This document shows positions 38,147 to 52,600 of a stretch of 64,000 nucleotides of DNA, piece after piece (position 1 is the first letter of the stretch; the number at the start of each line of letters is the position of its first letter). The notes below the pieces were generated by a model that did not search any database, was not told where the DNA came from, and was given only the letters and a program-made list of their open reading frames with translations. The translations under genes were made by a program, and so were the position numbers. The stretch is from Lingula anatina (taxonomy: Eukaryota; Animalia; Brachiopoda), in the NCBI GenBank assembly GCA_051362555.1, contig CM120645.1, positions 22,382,001 through 22,446,000 of the forward strand, in the 5' to 3' direction.

Positions 38147-41100
38147 TCAAATCTTAGGGGCGCTCTTGTCCACAGTGACAGTCTTCTTCAACCCTCCCTT
38201 GCTGAAGCTGGTGATGGAGCTGAGCAGTGCACCCCTGCCACCGGAGGAGGGGGGTGGGGTGGACGCCGCTGCTGGGGAGGGTGGGGGAGGGGGTGCACCC
38301 CCCACAGGAGGAGGTGGTGGTGGTGGTGGCGCTGGAAGTTAATAAACAGAACATATGATCATATATTAGAGAAAAGAATTTAAAATAAAACTGCAATTAA
38401 TTGCACTCTACTTATGGAAATGACAGGAATACACTTTACACTTAAAATAATAAGGCAACAAATACGTAATTTTTAGATAAAACATTTCTGAAACAGCTCA
38501 TAAAAAAGATGAGAGCCAAAGAGTGTTGATTCCTAATTATAAACCTCTGCAAAGACTACTGTTACAATTATAAAAGCATAGATATATTTTCTTCTTTTCT
38601 CATAAACATTGTATCCGTATGTTACTTACATATCATAAGCTATAGTGCTTCAATACTGTTAGTGTAAGTTTTGTATACAAGGGTTACATTATACATAAGT
38701 TTTATGGCTGTACTCCTAGTAAATGAACGAAAACCATGAATGCTATCAGCCAACACCATTTTACAGACTTACACATGAAACCCATATCTTCTATGATACC
38801 CGAGTAAACTGACCAAAATATGCCCTAAATCTGTTACCAAATATAAACGTTTTCACTTCACATCCTGTAAAAGTACAACTACAACAACCACCACAGAAGT
38901 GAAAATGAAAGTGAAAGTGATAAACCCTTATGAACCCTTAATACCATCAGTTTTCCTGGGAAGGAAAAGGTTAAATTGGTTGTTATTCACGGACAGTTAA
39001 AACAGCTGCTCCCTGCCCATTATATCTTTACTGGTGCCTAATCCTGGAAGGTTAGTGTTGGTTGCTACCACATGCTTATTTAGAATACACCAGGCCCATA
39101 GACCAGAGGAGGGGGGGTAGGGGGGTTGGGGGGGGGGGGGGTCAGGATCTCAAACATAACTCTCTTTTGGCTACAGAAAATCAACTCTGAACCCAAACTG
39201 GATCTAGATTTTATGGCACTTCTCAAAACCAAGAAATTGATAATATAGCTGTTATATATAGAAATATGTAAACAAGAATTTAGAATTTCTGCACAGGGAT
39301 TTAGCCCCCAACATGCATGCATGCCCACCAGCACCTGTCTGCGATGTTCACCACTTGTCCAAAGTAACAGTTGCAAATAAACAACCTCAGATTATTCAAA
39401 GCCACTACTAAAAAGAGGAACAAAAGTGCCAAACATGATGATCTGTTTGAGAGAATAGCAGCACTCGTTTTGGATAAAATGTCCCGTCATCTTCAGATGT
39501 CACCCTTGGATGTTAATTGGAAAAATTTTAATTCAGACTAGTAATGTCCCCCCACCGAGACCTGTTAGTCCAAGCCACCAGTCTGGTGAAGAGTTAACAA
39601 ACCAGACTGCTGAACCTTGGTAATTAGTAAAGAACACTACAGATATCAGGGTGAACAAAACCAACCTCTTGAGAGAAGTCACTATCTGTCTTAACGTTAA
39701 CCATTACATTCATCTGTAAAAACAAACAGGGAAATCAATCAATCAATCAATCAATAGCAAATCAAAGTTCTATAAGCTTTGGCAATCCTTTAAATTTAAG
39801 TGTTAGTTTTAATGTTACCAAACCTTCAGTCAACATTAAAACAAATGTGCATAACGCAAGAAATGAATAGGCTCTTTCATCATTCTTCTCAACAAAATCA
39901 CTGTAATGTTATATGTCAGTATAGTTAAATTTTTTCTCCAAACTGTAACAATAATCAATAGATTCATATGCATCTAAATCACATCACATCTATCTGAATA
40001 TTTACTGATGTAAGTATAGTGTTACATATAAAGCAGGGAATGCAGCTCAGAATACATTTATAAAAGAAAGATATATATATAAAAAAACGTCATCTAAAAC
40101 TAAAATCATAGAATCACCCTATAACAAAATAATGAACAGGGGATAACCTCAAACACAGTAGTCTAAACTCACTTCTAAAACTGGTAAGAATTCAGTCAAT
40201 TATTTATAAACCAACAGGAGTCAGCATCAAATACCACACTCAATACTGTAGGGCCTTGTGTTTTTTTTTCTCCGCCCAGATAGAGTATAAAAGTAAAACC
40301 ATTCATGTAACTGGTATATACTCAGTATATAGCAAGGAAACCCTCATGCAGCTTGCATGCATATAGATGACATCAATAGGTCATGCTCAGAACATGTCCA
40401 CTGAGCACTACATGACCCTAATTCTAAACCATTGAAAACTTGACAATACATGCTTAAGAGGTCCACTGGATATTTTTTAACATATAGTGGTATTTCTTTT
40501 ACCAATTGGTACTATCAGTATGTGAAATTTTTTAACTCCTTGTATTTTGGCTACTGCTTAAACTGATGTCAGAACTACGTGCAACTTCTAAGTGAGGATT
40601 GTTTTCTAACCCCTTTGTTCCGTGGGTGCTGGGGTGGGGTTGAATGCAGATACTATGACCATTGAGAAAATGTCATAGTGTCAGTTTCATCATGAAGTAT
40701 AAAGAGATGTAGGCCAAGTACAATAATCACTTAATATATAAGCAATTCATATATCCAAATGTCTAATCATTATGTGAGATTGATGAAATATTTGAGGTTG
40801 AAAAAAATAATTTGCCACATCTGCTAGTAACATGTATTCTGGGGGAAAACTATAGCTGAGGCTACATGCACAGTTCTAGATATAATGTAAGTAAAGAAAC
40901 ACCATAACATACAGTAAAGACAGGCCCCTATGTGGACAGACTAGGATATAATTTTACCTGCTCACTTTTCCTTGAATATTGAAAGACATAAAGAAATCAA
41001 GAAAAACATTCCTCTCAGTTTTTTGTGATTTTTTTTCTCGTAAGTTACTGGTTTGTTGAAAAAATACAAATTATATAAAAAAAGAAATACTTATCAATGA

Positions 41101-44100
41101 AAAACACTAAATCCTGTAGTTTTAAAAGAATTATGATGATTTATCAATTCTAGCTACATGTCAGACACTAGGGTTAAATTGCCTATTTTCTATTATCAAT
41201 TAGCAAAACAAAATAAGCAGTTAAAAACTATTCTATCTAGCAGAGTATTATTACCATTATAGTATATATAATTATTGAGTTACAAACTCATTTCATAAAA
41301 TAAAAACACAATGCAGACAATAACCAGGCTTGCAAATTCTCCAAATTGATCAAAATGTATTTTACTTTCAATGTCAGTAAAAGCAGAAAATGAGTCAAAG
41401 AATGCCAACTTAAAAGTAAAAAGCCCTTTAAATCTCCACTGAAATACCCATCTTAAAAATAATTGTAAAAAAGCAAGAAAACTGTAAGTTTTTCAATATT
41501 CTTTCCAACACATGTAGAAGGCAGGGAAAAACTAATAAGTAAGAAAGCTCTCGCCTTGACATGGCTACACCCCCTAAATTTAAGCAAGAGTAGCCCTCAG
41601 TATGAAGCAAGAGTGAAGATCAACAAACAAGCCCACAGCAAGGGTTGTTCAAGTTTCATGGTAAAAGGTCCACTTTTTAGAAATTACTGGCTACAAGCCC
41701 GACTTATAACAATATAAAAATGCCAAGTATGGACACACCCTCATCTCTCACTATAACCCAGGCCTGGCAGTAGGTGGGGGTTTGGGTGTTCAAAATTACC
41801 ATCCTTTTGGTCAAAAAAAATCCATTCTGACTTAAATTTTGATCTAGACTCTATGCTACTGGTACGTCAAGTTGGACCAACTCTTAAGTTGAAGTAATAA
41901 GTTCTGCCTATTTCAGAATAGGACCATCTTCATAAAAAGAGACACATATTCCATGCTATGTTAAGTTGGAGGGGGGGGGGCAGTCCCCTGACCTCTGTAC
42001 TCACCAGGAGCCGCGGGGGCTGCGGGGGCTGTGGGGGTGGCTGGTGTAGAGCTGGTACTACTGGGACCTGGACTTGTGGGAGGATTACTGTCCCGCTTAC
42101 TGCTGCCACTGCCCTCTTCCGAGTCTGCCAGGGATTTCTGTGAAATAAAATATATTTCACTTCGGTCGGAGATTATTATTCTGTGCAGTGGAAAAATAGC
42201 AATTAACTTTTGTCAGGGATTTCTGTGAAATGAGACGTAAAAGTTAACTTCTGCCAGTGATTATTATTCTGTGAAGTGGAAAAACAAAATTTAACTTCTG
42301 CCAAGAATTTCTGAAATGAAAAACAAAAATAAATTCTGCCAGGGATTTCTTAAAATTAACAAAACAAAAACTTTTGCCAAGGATTTGAGAAATGATGAAA
42401 CAAGCATTAAAATTTGCTATGCACTTCAGAGTATTAATAACATGCAAGTAACATTCTTTTTAAACTCAACTGGCATTCTTTTTAAACTACCTTTACATAT
42501 TCACTTTTTAAACAATAAAATTCAAAGGGTTGTCTATTTCATAGTTTATAAAGTAACACTGAACCTTTAAAAACTTTGGAGGTATGTGAGAGGGAACGAT
42601 ACCTTTTTATTTTTCCTCCTCTTTTTCTTCTCTTCCTCTGACATGTGGAATTGTTGAGCTTTGGACCTCCGCCTCACTGTGTGGATCTGCAATTCAACCA
42701 AATACCAGGTAATAAGTGTAGCATTTTAAATCATCATCTTCAGGTTTTTTCAGATCCTGTCCAGAATAATCAGGGTATGACCTTTTCCCACATGTGGCCC
42801 TCCGCCATTCTTGTCTATAATATTTACAAGGTCTGTCTCCTGTCTGCATCCAATAAATAGATCATGCCCAAATAGAGTCAAATGATGAAATGTTTAGCTG
42901 CTGTCATAAAAAGATTTGTAGTGTACAGTTTAAGAACATTTGTTTCAAATTTAATAACATATTCATAATCCCCATGGACGTTTATATGTAAAAGTGATAA
43001 AAAAAATTAAACAGCTTGATGTGCTCCACATCATAAGAGCTAACAGATCTAAAACCTTTGCCTTGGATGCATCATTCACCTTTCTAACATAATCTAGTCC
43101 CATCTTGTGGGAATGGTGTGAAGAAAACCAGAGTAGAAAGCCTATTATAGAAAGCCTAATCTTCTAATGTTGACTAGAATCAAAACTGTTCAAAGAAATC
43201 TCATACCGCCTTTTGTTCTTCCTTCAGCCTCTTCTCCATTTGTTCTTTGGCTAGTTTGATTGCCTCTTTCAGTTTACTGGGAATCTTCACAGCTGGTTTA
43301 TCTGTACTGGGGAGGTGCACATCACAGAACAGCCTAGAAAATAAAATAATTACTAAAAATATTTACTTTGAAAATCATAACACCAGTATTGCAATTGCCA
43401 AGTATACATTTAAATTATTCACTTATTTAGCATCAAACTTTTTGATGTTCTGATGTCATTAACATGACAAATACAAGGTCTAGAAATTTAAAAAAAACAG
43501 TAAGTCTTTTAATTAAAAATAACAATAAACTTTATTTCAAGTGGCATATTTTTAGCATGAAACTGAAGTTTTCGTCAGTTCATCAGGTGTATCTACTTAC
43601 GTGTGTTGTAGCAGATCTGTCACAGATGGTAAACCATTCTTACAGGCTTCCTGTGTCAGTATGCTCTCCAACACTGACCCTGGAATATAGAAGAATAGAT
43701 GAAAGAGGCGCTGAACCATCAATCTTTTCATCAGGCATAACAAAATATTCACCTATAATGTCCTAATAGACTTCATAATTATGTACATGGAGCCCATTGC
43801 ATCCTTTACATATCAATACATAACACATATCTGATAGATAGTTCCTACAGTACTAGACCCCAGCTTGTTGACATGATTACTATGAATACCAAAATGCACT
43901 GACTGACCAAAAATATTCAAGCAGGTTCTAACACAGACGTCCTGTGATCAACTTCCATGGGTCATAATGCTTATATAGAAACATTATTGAACCTTTGTTC
44001 ATGTTTTTGGATACCCCCCCCCCCCCCCCACCCCAACACATGTCTAGTCACACTGTGTCCGAACCCAATCCATGATATGAATACACTCCATATCTCCAGC

Positions 44101-47100
44101 GCCTACACAGGACATGTACATACAGAGAGCACCGCAATGAATATCTTACTAACATAGCACCACTGTGAACATCTTACAGAATGATTTCCACTGTAAAGTT
44201 GTACTGGACACAAGTCTACTTACTGACTTCAGGAGGCAGTGAGGGAGGAAAGACATCACAGGTTGGTGAGCCCAACTGGACCCCAGTGGACAGCTCATAC
44301 AATAACTGACCAAAACTATACACATCTATAGATTCTAGGGTCTGAAAGGAAAAGGCATAGACAAAAATCTGTCATTATATTATTCTTTTTAATAATTCTT
44401 ATTTGTAGATACACTGTATGATTGATAATTGATTTGAATGATGTGAGTACAATGCACGGTGTGTCTCCACTTGAAATGTAAAACTTCACCTTATAATACT
44501 CACATTTATTTTTTTAAACTGTGTATAATATGGCCTGTAATATGCTGGCAATCCCAGAAACCAGTTCTCCAGTTCTGTAAGTTTGCACTTCCCATCATGC
44601 AGTAGAATGTTTCCTGCGTGTAAATGACCTGGAAATCACAGAGGAAAAATGAGTGTTTTTTTGCAACAAATTCATGAGCTGTTAAGCAAAATTAACTTTT
44701 ACTATTTTAATTTTTATAATTTCAACATCCTTAGTTATGTTTGGCTAAAAGCGTACTCAACAATCCTAAGCTCTCAACCACCTCTTAATTTTATAATTTT
44801 CAAATCATCTAGTTCTTGGTTATATGTGTACTCTGCAATCCTAGCTAAGATAAATACCCTTTGCACAGTATAATTCATCATCTCTTTCCTGCACACTTTA
44901 TATTTTCTTCCTCTTATGTCCAATAATAAAACTGAAGATAAGGGCAACTGCGCCTGCCTCCCCACCCCCCACCCCCTTGTGAACTTGTGAACTGGTGCAT
45001 TTGGGGTTTGGGGTCATAAAAGGATTTTCACTTCATTGCCCCTTACAGAGACCAATACTCACCATAGGGCACCCCTTTATCATGTAAAAATTTCAAGGTT
45101 TCTAAAATCTGTCTTCCGAATAACTTCACATCTGGCAACTGCATAAATATTCTTGTTTTTGGATTTCCATACTTTTTGAGACAGTGGCCTTTTGGCTTTG
45201 CCTGCAAATCATACAAAGTCAATAAAGATGAGAATGAATAATGGATAAAACACGAGTAAAAAACAACGTGGATCATCAGCATAACTACATTTTGAAAAAT
45301 ACTTTAAAATTGTTTGACAAATGTGTGTACAATAAAGATGATAACAATATCTTCTAAAATATTGTGATAAAACATCCCTATAAAACAGCCCTTTACAGAC
45401 TGACACTTGAAGAAGGCTGGAGTGACAGCACATAACGTAGAACGTTTGGTGAAAACTAAATATATTTCATTTGTGATTAAACTATTTCACTAGCTGCTAC
45501 AGGATTAAAAAAACTGTCTTAGACATAATTTACTCCACAACATATTCCATTTCTTCTTTTCACGTTTATTACCACAGCCATATAAATCACTTTTTCCAAA
45601 TTTCTTTCCATCTCTTACCCTACATAAAATGTCCCTAAATGAGCCCTGTTCATTGTAATGTCTAATTGTCAGTCCTCCGCTCTCATTGGCATAGCCAAAA
45701 CCCACTGGATAGATATATGGATGCTAAAATACATAACACAACTGAATTTAACTTCTGTTTATATATAGGGTTCCTATAATCTCAAGTTATATACAAAATC
45801 AATAGTTTGAAATATAAAATTTATTACAAAATGAAGGATAAATATCTGCAGATAAGAGTAGATTTTAACCAAATTGTTAACAGACACAATTCTGCCTATG
45901 GCTATACATCTACTTTAAAATAGATTAAAGAACAGAAAGACAGACTTACTTGAAAATTGGAAAATAATTTGAATATTGCAGTCAGGTCTTTGTCCTGTAA
46001 AAACTTGTCAGGGCCATAATTACACTAAAAGATATAAGTGAAAAGTCAAAATACAGCAGTGTATTTTATTTCATATGTGAAATTATATATATATAAATAT
46101 ATCACTGTGCTTCTTAAATTCTAAGTAATGAAACAGAAAAACCATCTATTTATCATTTCTGATTCACTTGACTTTCACATTTTCATTTTTGGTAGATTGC
46201 AAATTTTCTTAAAACACTGATAACAGGCCCGTAGCCAGCAATTTCAAAAGGGGGGTTCTTTTTCTGAAAAAGTGGACCTTTTCCCATAAAAACGTAATAT
46301 ACTTAAATCAATTTTTACCCAGAGTGGACCTTTTCCCAGCAAAAGGGGCGGTTCTTTCGAACCTCCCGAACCCCCCCTGGCTACCGGCCTGGATAAAGAC
46401 AGACCTTAAAAATCCTATAATGCAAGCACGTAAGGTACACAGCCTCGTATGGTGGAGGGGGGAGGGGGTCTGGAGCCATAAATACAACACCCATATGCCT
46501 GGATTCCTAGATAAAACCTGGAAGTCTTTCATCTTTGTTAAAAGTTAAGGAAATATTTCCTCAGCCAGTCTTACCCATGAGAGGACTTGCTTCAGCTTGG
46601 GCTGATCTGCACATTTCACAAGAAAATACTGCTTCCTTATCCTCCAGCCTAACGAAGTGCAAACAAGAGACATAGGTTGACCAGTCACAGTGGGGCTCTT
46701 TTATATCAAAATGTCAATTAAAATGTTCAGACAAACTTATACAAGATTCACCAGAGAATATTTTTTATAATTATTTAGTGTTTATAAATCAGTTTCATGA
46801 TTTTTCTTATTCTTGATTTATCAATTTTAGCAAAAGATTGCAAATATGCTAACACTACTGCTCTGTAAAAAATGTGACCTTAAGTAACACACACTTGCAT
46901 GCACTTATGAACACATACACGTGCACACATCTCACATATACCTATGTCAGGGAGAGGTTCTATGACTTCATATTTTGGTTCTGATCTAAAGAACATAGAA
47001 ACATGCTGCAGTGCCTCCTCTGAAAATGAAAAACCAATTTGTAAGCAAAAAAGTCCATGTTTTTTTTACCAAATGCTTCAGAAGTGTAAAAAATCCTTCT

Positions 47101-48905
47101 ATGTGTTTGTTTTATATTTCAAGAAGTGTAAAGTAGTTTAGTATACTAGGGGGAAATTACAGTACTCAACCTTAACTTCTATTTAACTGTCTAAATGATA
47201 AAATATTTGATATTAGTCTAACATCAAGCTTCAGAGACAAATAATTTATTTTACCTTGAAAATTCCTCGAATAATGTTCTTCATCCAGAAACCTCTTGGT
47301 AAATGCGCTGGACGCTAAGAGAAGATTCCTCAGAATGGCCTCTAAATAGGTCTGAAGGATACACAAAATATCAGTTCTTTGTATTTAGGAAAACATGTAC
47401 CACCAACCATATCAGTTCTGTGTATTTAGGAATATAAACTATTTGTTTTAAAATTTTCTGTAAACCTACAATATTTTAACAAATATGACTAAATGTATCT
47501 GAATGACATAGTTGAATATTACAATGTCCTAGATTTAGAAAATGGTAAAATGTGAAACATTCATTCATAAGGTTGTAATGATGAGTACTAATTAACAATG
47601 CACTATCTCACATGTTTAAACAACTTTCTTTATTCAGTCATGTACATTTGAACTTTTTTTATTAAATTTACTTGACCTTACTGTACCTGTAATCCGTTCT
47701 TTCTGTCTGCTACAAATTCTCTATCAAAATTCCCAAACACTTTCTTTGGCGGCAGTGGTAGGTCAATATTGGCAGTCTTAAGACACGTGTCCAGAGCTAC
47801 AAAGTCGCTGTACCTCTTGTTGACTGTCCAAACCTTCTCTGCCGCTATCCCTCTTTGTACCTTGATTTCATATGACTGAAATACAGAAAAAGAAATTTAG
47901 ATCAAGAAAGAAATTTAGGTTCTCTTATAGAGAGACCACAAAATGAAGAACTTTTTTTTTTGCTTCAAAACTTATTGGGTACCCTGTAGACCCAACACTA
48001 GCATGTTCACAATAATGTCTGTTGATATTTATTTATTTATTATGAACATGTACAGTGTATTAGCCTATGTATTAGGCAGTATATTTGCAGTCATAGCATG
48101 GTTAACTCGTGCACGCTTTCTATCATTTTAAAAATTTATATTTTCATATACTGTATCTGTCAGTCTGGATGTTGTTTTCTTTTTATCAATTCATTAACCT
48201 GTTTAATTATGTTATTTGTTCATTCATATGTTAACCTCTCTGTTTGTTTGTTTGTTTGTTTGTTGGTTGGTTTGTCCACTGTGATTTGGGTGTTGTGGTC
48301 AAAACAACATAAACTTTTTTTTAGATGGGATTGGCAATGTTTCAAAAGTTCCATGGTAATTTCAGCTGGGGTGGGGGACACATAAAATGGCTTGATCAAC
48401 TCATAACTGAATGGCTGTTCAAGAGTTCAATACGCCAAATGAAGCAATAAATCGATTCAATACCATATCACATGAGGTTGACACCGCAGTGTTCTATTTT
48501 TAGAAAATCAATAGCAATTATGTTCACTGTAAAAGGGAAAGTCATTTGCTTTTGCCTAAACAAAAGTGTTTATTGTACATCTACAGTCGGTACCCCTTTT
48601 AAACGACCAAAAATTAATAAAATTACATCACAGGTGAAAGTGACACAGCTAGATATGCTGTATACAGCGCTTTTATTTCAGCAGATACCTTGTACATTGT
48701 AATTGCGATCATTCGCGGTCGTCGTGATCAAAACAAACTCGCTTCCGGAAGTTTACAGCACGTATGGTAAACCATTCGAAAGTGACACATGAACTGATAA
48801 CATAAGACTACTCACCACATGATCTCCGACATTTTGTGCGGTCTCAACTGAGCATATTAACGGCACGGTGTCGTCTAACGTCGTCTTCCCAGTGATCAGT
48901 GCCAT
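38147..48905 (-). CDS. PXK: PX domain-containing protein kinase-like protein (PX + pseudokinase + polyproline + WH2)
   Basis: Coding exons: 48816-48905 (MALITGKTTLDDTVPL), 47687-47875 (KRYSDF...LPLPPKKVFGN), 47255-47351, 46942-47019 (VSMFFRSEPK), 46575-46648 (GWRIRK), 45950-46024, 45619-45723, 45063-45201 (LKFLHDKGVPYG), 44504-44628, 44224-44341, 43601-43679, 43207-43333, 42603-42686, 42005-42137, 38147-38331 (GRGALLSSI...LKKT...DKSAPKI*). All are GT-AG, phase-compatible and colinear with human PXK as recalled. Confidence 0.95.
46224..46391. mobile_element. CAGG-ended MITE with 5-bp TSD (GATAA) in a PXK intron
   Basis: TIRs caggcccgtagccag / ctggctaccggcctg, with gataa on both flanks. Confidence 0.78.
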
Positions 48906-49200
48906 TTTTGATGAGGGGGGCGTCGCAACTCACGTGTTATCTCGTAACATCTCGATTAGAGCTGAAAGTATGCCGCATAAATAATGGACTCTGTAGGGGC
49001 TTTACGTCAGACTTTGACATGAAAATAGCTCATGTGTTTGATTAGGATACCATTTATCTGAAATTAAAGCTCCATTTAGTCCAGGAAGTAGTTGTTTGGC
49101 GAAGGTTGACCTTTATCCGATCATGTGACTAGAAAACGAAAGTCAAAATGGCGGCACCCATCTGTTGACAAGCGCGCGTGTTTAGTATCAGTGAACTTTT
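48906..49200. promoter_or_regulatory. Bidirectional promoter region between PXK and RENBP
   Basis: Head-to-head genes with local CpG enrichment. E-box cacgtg at 48931, YY1-type caaaatggcggc at 49144-49155, and ETS-type cttccggaagt at 48742 in PXK intron 1. Confidence 0.65.
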
Positions 49201-49694
49201 TTTAGAGCATATACCTGTTTTTGGTCTTGACAACACGCATGAACAAGCACATATCTTAGGTATTTATCTGACTTGCATTTTTGTAAGTATGAACGGCATG
49301 AGAAGATTTTTATTACAAGTTTGTTACCTAAAAAAAATCGGGTAATCCTAGAGATTAAAAATACACCGTGCGGGATGGTGGTAGAAAACGTACAGTAAAT
49401 AATGTTGAAAACTTTGATTGATTTTACCATGACGTACAAAATGTCCGTATTAATAAAACTGAATTTACTTATTCTGTTCTTGTAGCAGAATATGTCAATA
49501 TTTAGTTAATTTCTGGCAAGCATAGTCATAATTGCCATGTAATGTCTTTATATATGGTTGTGCATACATTTAGTAGATACTGTATACCTATATGTACACT
49601 GTATGTATTAACACTTAGTAAATATATATACTACAAGTATATGTGAGCCCTATTTTATTGCTATGTTTTCAGAAACCACAGAAGTTAAAAAAGG

Positions 49695-52600
49695 ATGAGT
49701 GTTCCATTCAGTATAGAGGAAATGAGAATCCCAGAGTTTCTGGCAAGGATTTCTGCAGACTTGGATCGTTGTGTAGACTTCTGGCTTAAGCATTCTCATG
49801 ATGAAGAATTCGGGTTTGTAAAAATGTTGACACAATTCATATTACTGGAACATGTTGTATAGATTATATTTTTTTTCTCCACTTAGAGAATTTAAATAGT
49901 GTAATACATGTCATAATAGGACTTAAATTGATCACAATATTTCATTGAAATTTAATGAATAATTTGAAAAATCAGCTTTTTTTTCATATTTTAAGTCTAA
50001 AAGGAACTTGCTAAGAAACCTTTTTATTGGTGAAAAATATTTTTAAAAAATTACTGTGGAACAATTAAATATTTGCATAATACATAATTTTTCTAACTCC
50101 AGTCTTGAAGTAGAGCCTAATGCTACTAGTAAGTGAAATCTTCCACAAAATTAGAGGTGATTTGAAATTTGATAAAGATGATGTGATAATTAAGATATGC
50201 TTGGCATAAGATAGATCATTTTGCATTTTGCCACGAATGCAATAAAAAAAATTGCAAAAAATTTGTTGAGAACTTTAAGATTATTACTTCAAAAACAAAA
50301 TTGTTTTATTATTGCTAATTTTTCTAAAAAATTGTAACAATATGACATGAATACTTAAATTATTGATATAGTGATTAATGTGACTTTTATTCACCAAAAA
50401 GTTAAGTTGATAATGTACTTGTCATCAGAATTTAGCTTTTTTTTTTTTTTAATCGTGTTTTGCTATTTAATGATTTGAGATGTTACATGTATATTGTGGA
50501 ATATGAAAGTTACCATATGCAGAAATTTTTGACTTCAATATTGCACTATTCAAGCCTTCCACAATGTGGATATTAAAGTATCTTGTGTTGTATTTGTAAT
50601 TTTAGTGGATTCCTTGCTTGTCTGGGGAAGGATGGGAAGATTTATGATGACCTGAAATATGGCTGGCTGCAAGGGAGACAGGTAATTGAACAGATGATAA
50701 ACCATAGATTCAGTTTTAAAAAAATGAAAATCATGGTATTTTAAATAATATTTAATGCACATATGCTTGATCCTGTTATTATGAAAATAAAACTTTTTTT
50801 AGTTTCTCCATAAATAGATGAAAAATTAATATCATTCAACTTGCATGTCATTAACACCACATCAACACAATCTGTTTTTATTATAATAGTCTTTCTCAAA
50901 CTTCAGGTCTGGACGTATGCTAAATTGTATAATGAAGTGGAGAGGTTCCGTAGGCCAGAACTTCTCAAGGCTGCTGTGAAAGGTAAAGACAAACATCATC
51001 ACTGGTTTATTTTTACTGTTGTGCACAGTCCACCCATTTCTGCATATTTTTATTTAAAAAATCATTTGACAGTATTCCAGAATTGAGATCTCTTCTTTTA
51101 TTTGTTTTAAGATTTGGTCATTGTAATGACTGTTTTTCTTTGATTATTCAATCTTTAAAAGATATAAAGACACATAATATTTTTTGTTTGTTTGTTTGTT
51201 TGTTTGTTTGTTTTTTACTTCTTTAATTCTTCAAACATTATTATTATTATTATTACTGTACTTCACAGGTGCAGATTTCATGATCAAGCACTTAAAAGAA
51301 CAGTCCACAGGTAGATGTTATTTTGTAACCACTCGAGATGGAAAACCAATCAAACAGCAGAGGACTATCTTCACTGAGTGTTTCTATGTGATGGGAATGT
51401 CGGAGGTTGCCAAGGCAACCAAGCAGGAAAAATACAAGGTATCGGTACTAAGTCAGCAGAGCTATGGATACTGGTAGTTTATTTTCTCATATCTTTTTAC
51501 ACTTACGAAATATTCAACACATGTTCAACAGATGTGCAAGTATGCAATAGAAAATACTGGTGTTTTAATGATTTTGAATGCATATTGTTTATTGCTTAAC
51601 TGAATCAAGACATATTTTCAGTTTTAGTGCATTGCTGAGAAACACAGCATGTTCACTATACCCGGTAGATACAAGTTTAACATATAAGCATCAATAAAAT
51701 GTGAACATGCACTTTTCAAGTTGGGAATTTTAATCCAAAAAAGGCTTTTTTGGCAAATGTTAGTATGCTCACCAATTAATTCTTTTTCACTGCAGCAAGA
51801 AGCACTGTCTGTGATGACCAAGATCATTCACTGGGTGAGAGTTGCTGATTCTGAAATTGGAATCACAAAATTGGCTGGCGTCAAACCAACCAATAGCTTG
51901 GCAGTACCCATGATACTGCTGGGCTTAATTCATGAACTGACCAGTGGAGATGAGTCTCTTAACACAGCATATGAGGAACTAGAGAAGTGGTGTGTGCAGC
52001 AAGTGCTTTTTCATGTGCAGGTATAAAAGCAATGTACTGCCAAGGACACTATGCATTACTGTTTATAAAGATCATTTACATGTGATCTTTAAAGGGGAGG
52101 GGGGTATTCTATTTGAAAATCTGAATTTAAATTAAAAGTGACTAATAGCTGATGAATTGATGAACTTATATATGTAATTATTGGGAGATGACTTGGATTA
52201 ATAAGATGGTTTATTCATCCAAGGAAAATAGAGTAGAATCTATGGATTTCTGCATTTTTTCACAAACAAAAAAAGGTTTCAGGTTTCATCAAGTAGCAGT
52301 ATCAATCACATTCATGAACATGCAGTCTCACACACACACACTTACACATACACTCCCACACACACACACACTATACAAAAATGGCTTGAATTCCTTGATT
52401 CGTCAGTCTTTGTATACCAGCCACTTCTATTCATCATATTTCAGAGAGAAGGCTCAGTAATACTGGAGAATGTGTCACCAGAAGGAACAGAAATGCCAGG
52501 CAGCCAAGGAAGGTTAATGAACCCTGGTAGGTGAAGTTCTGGAGACAAAGCAGATAAAACTTGATTGTTTGATAATTTCATCTTAATGATGTCAGAGTTG

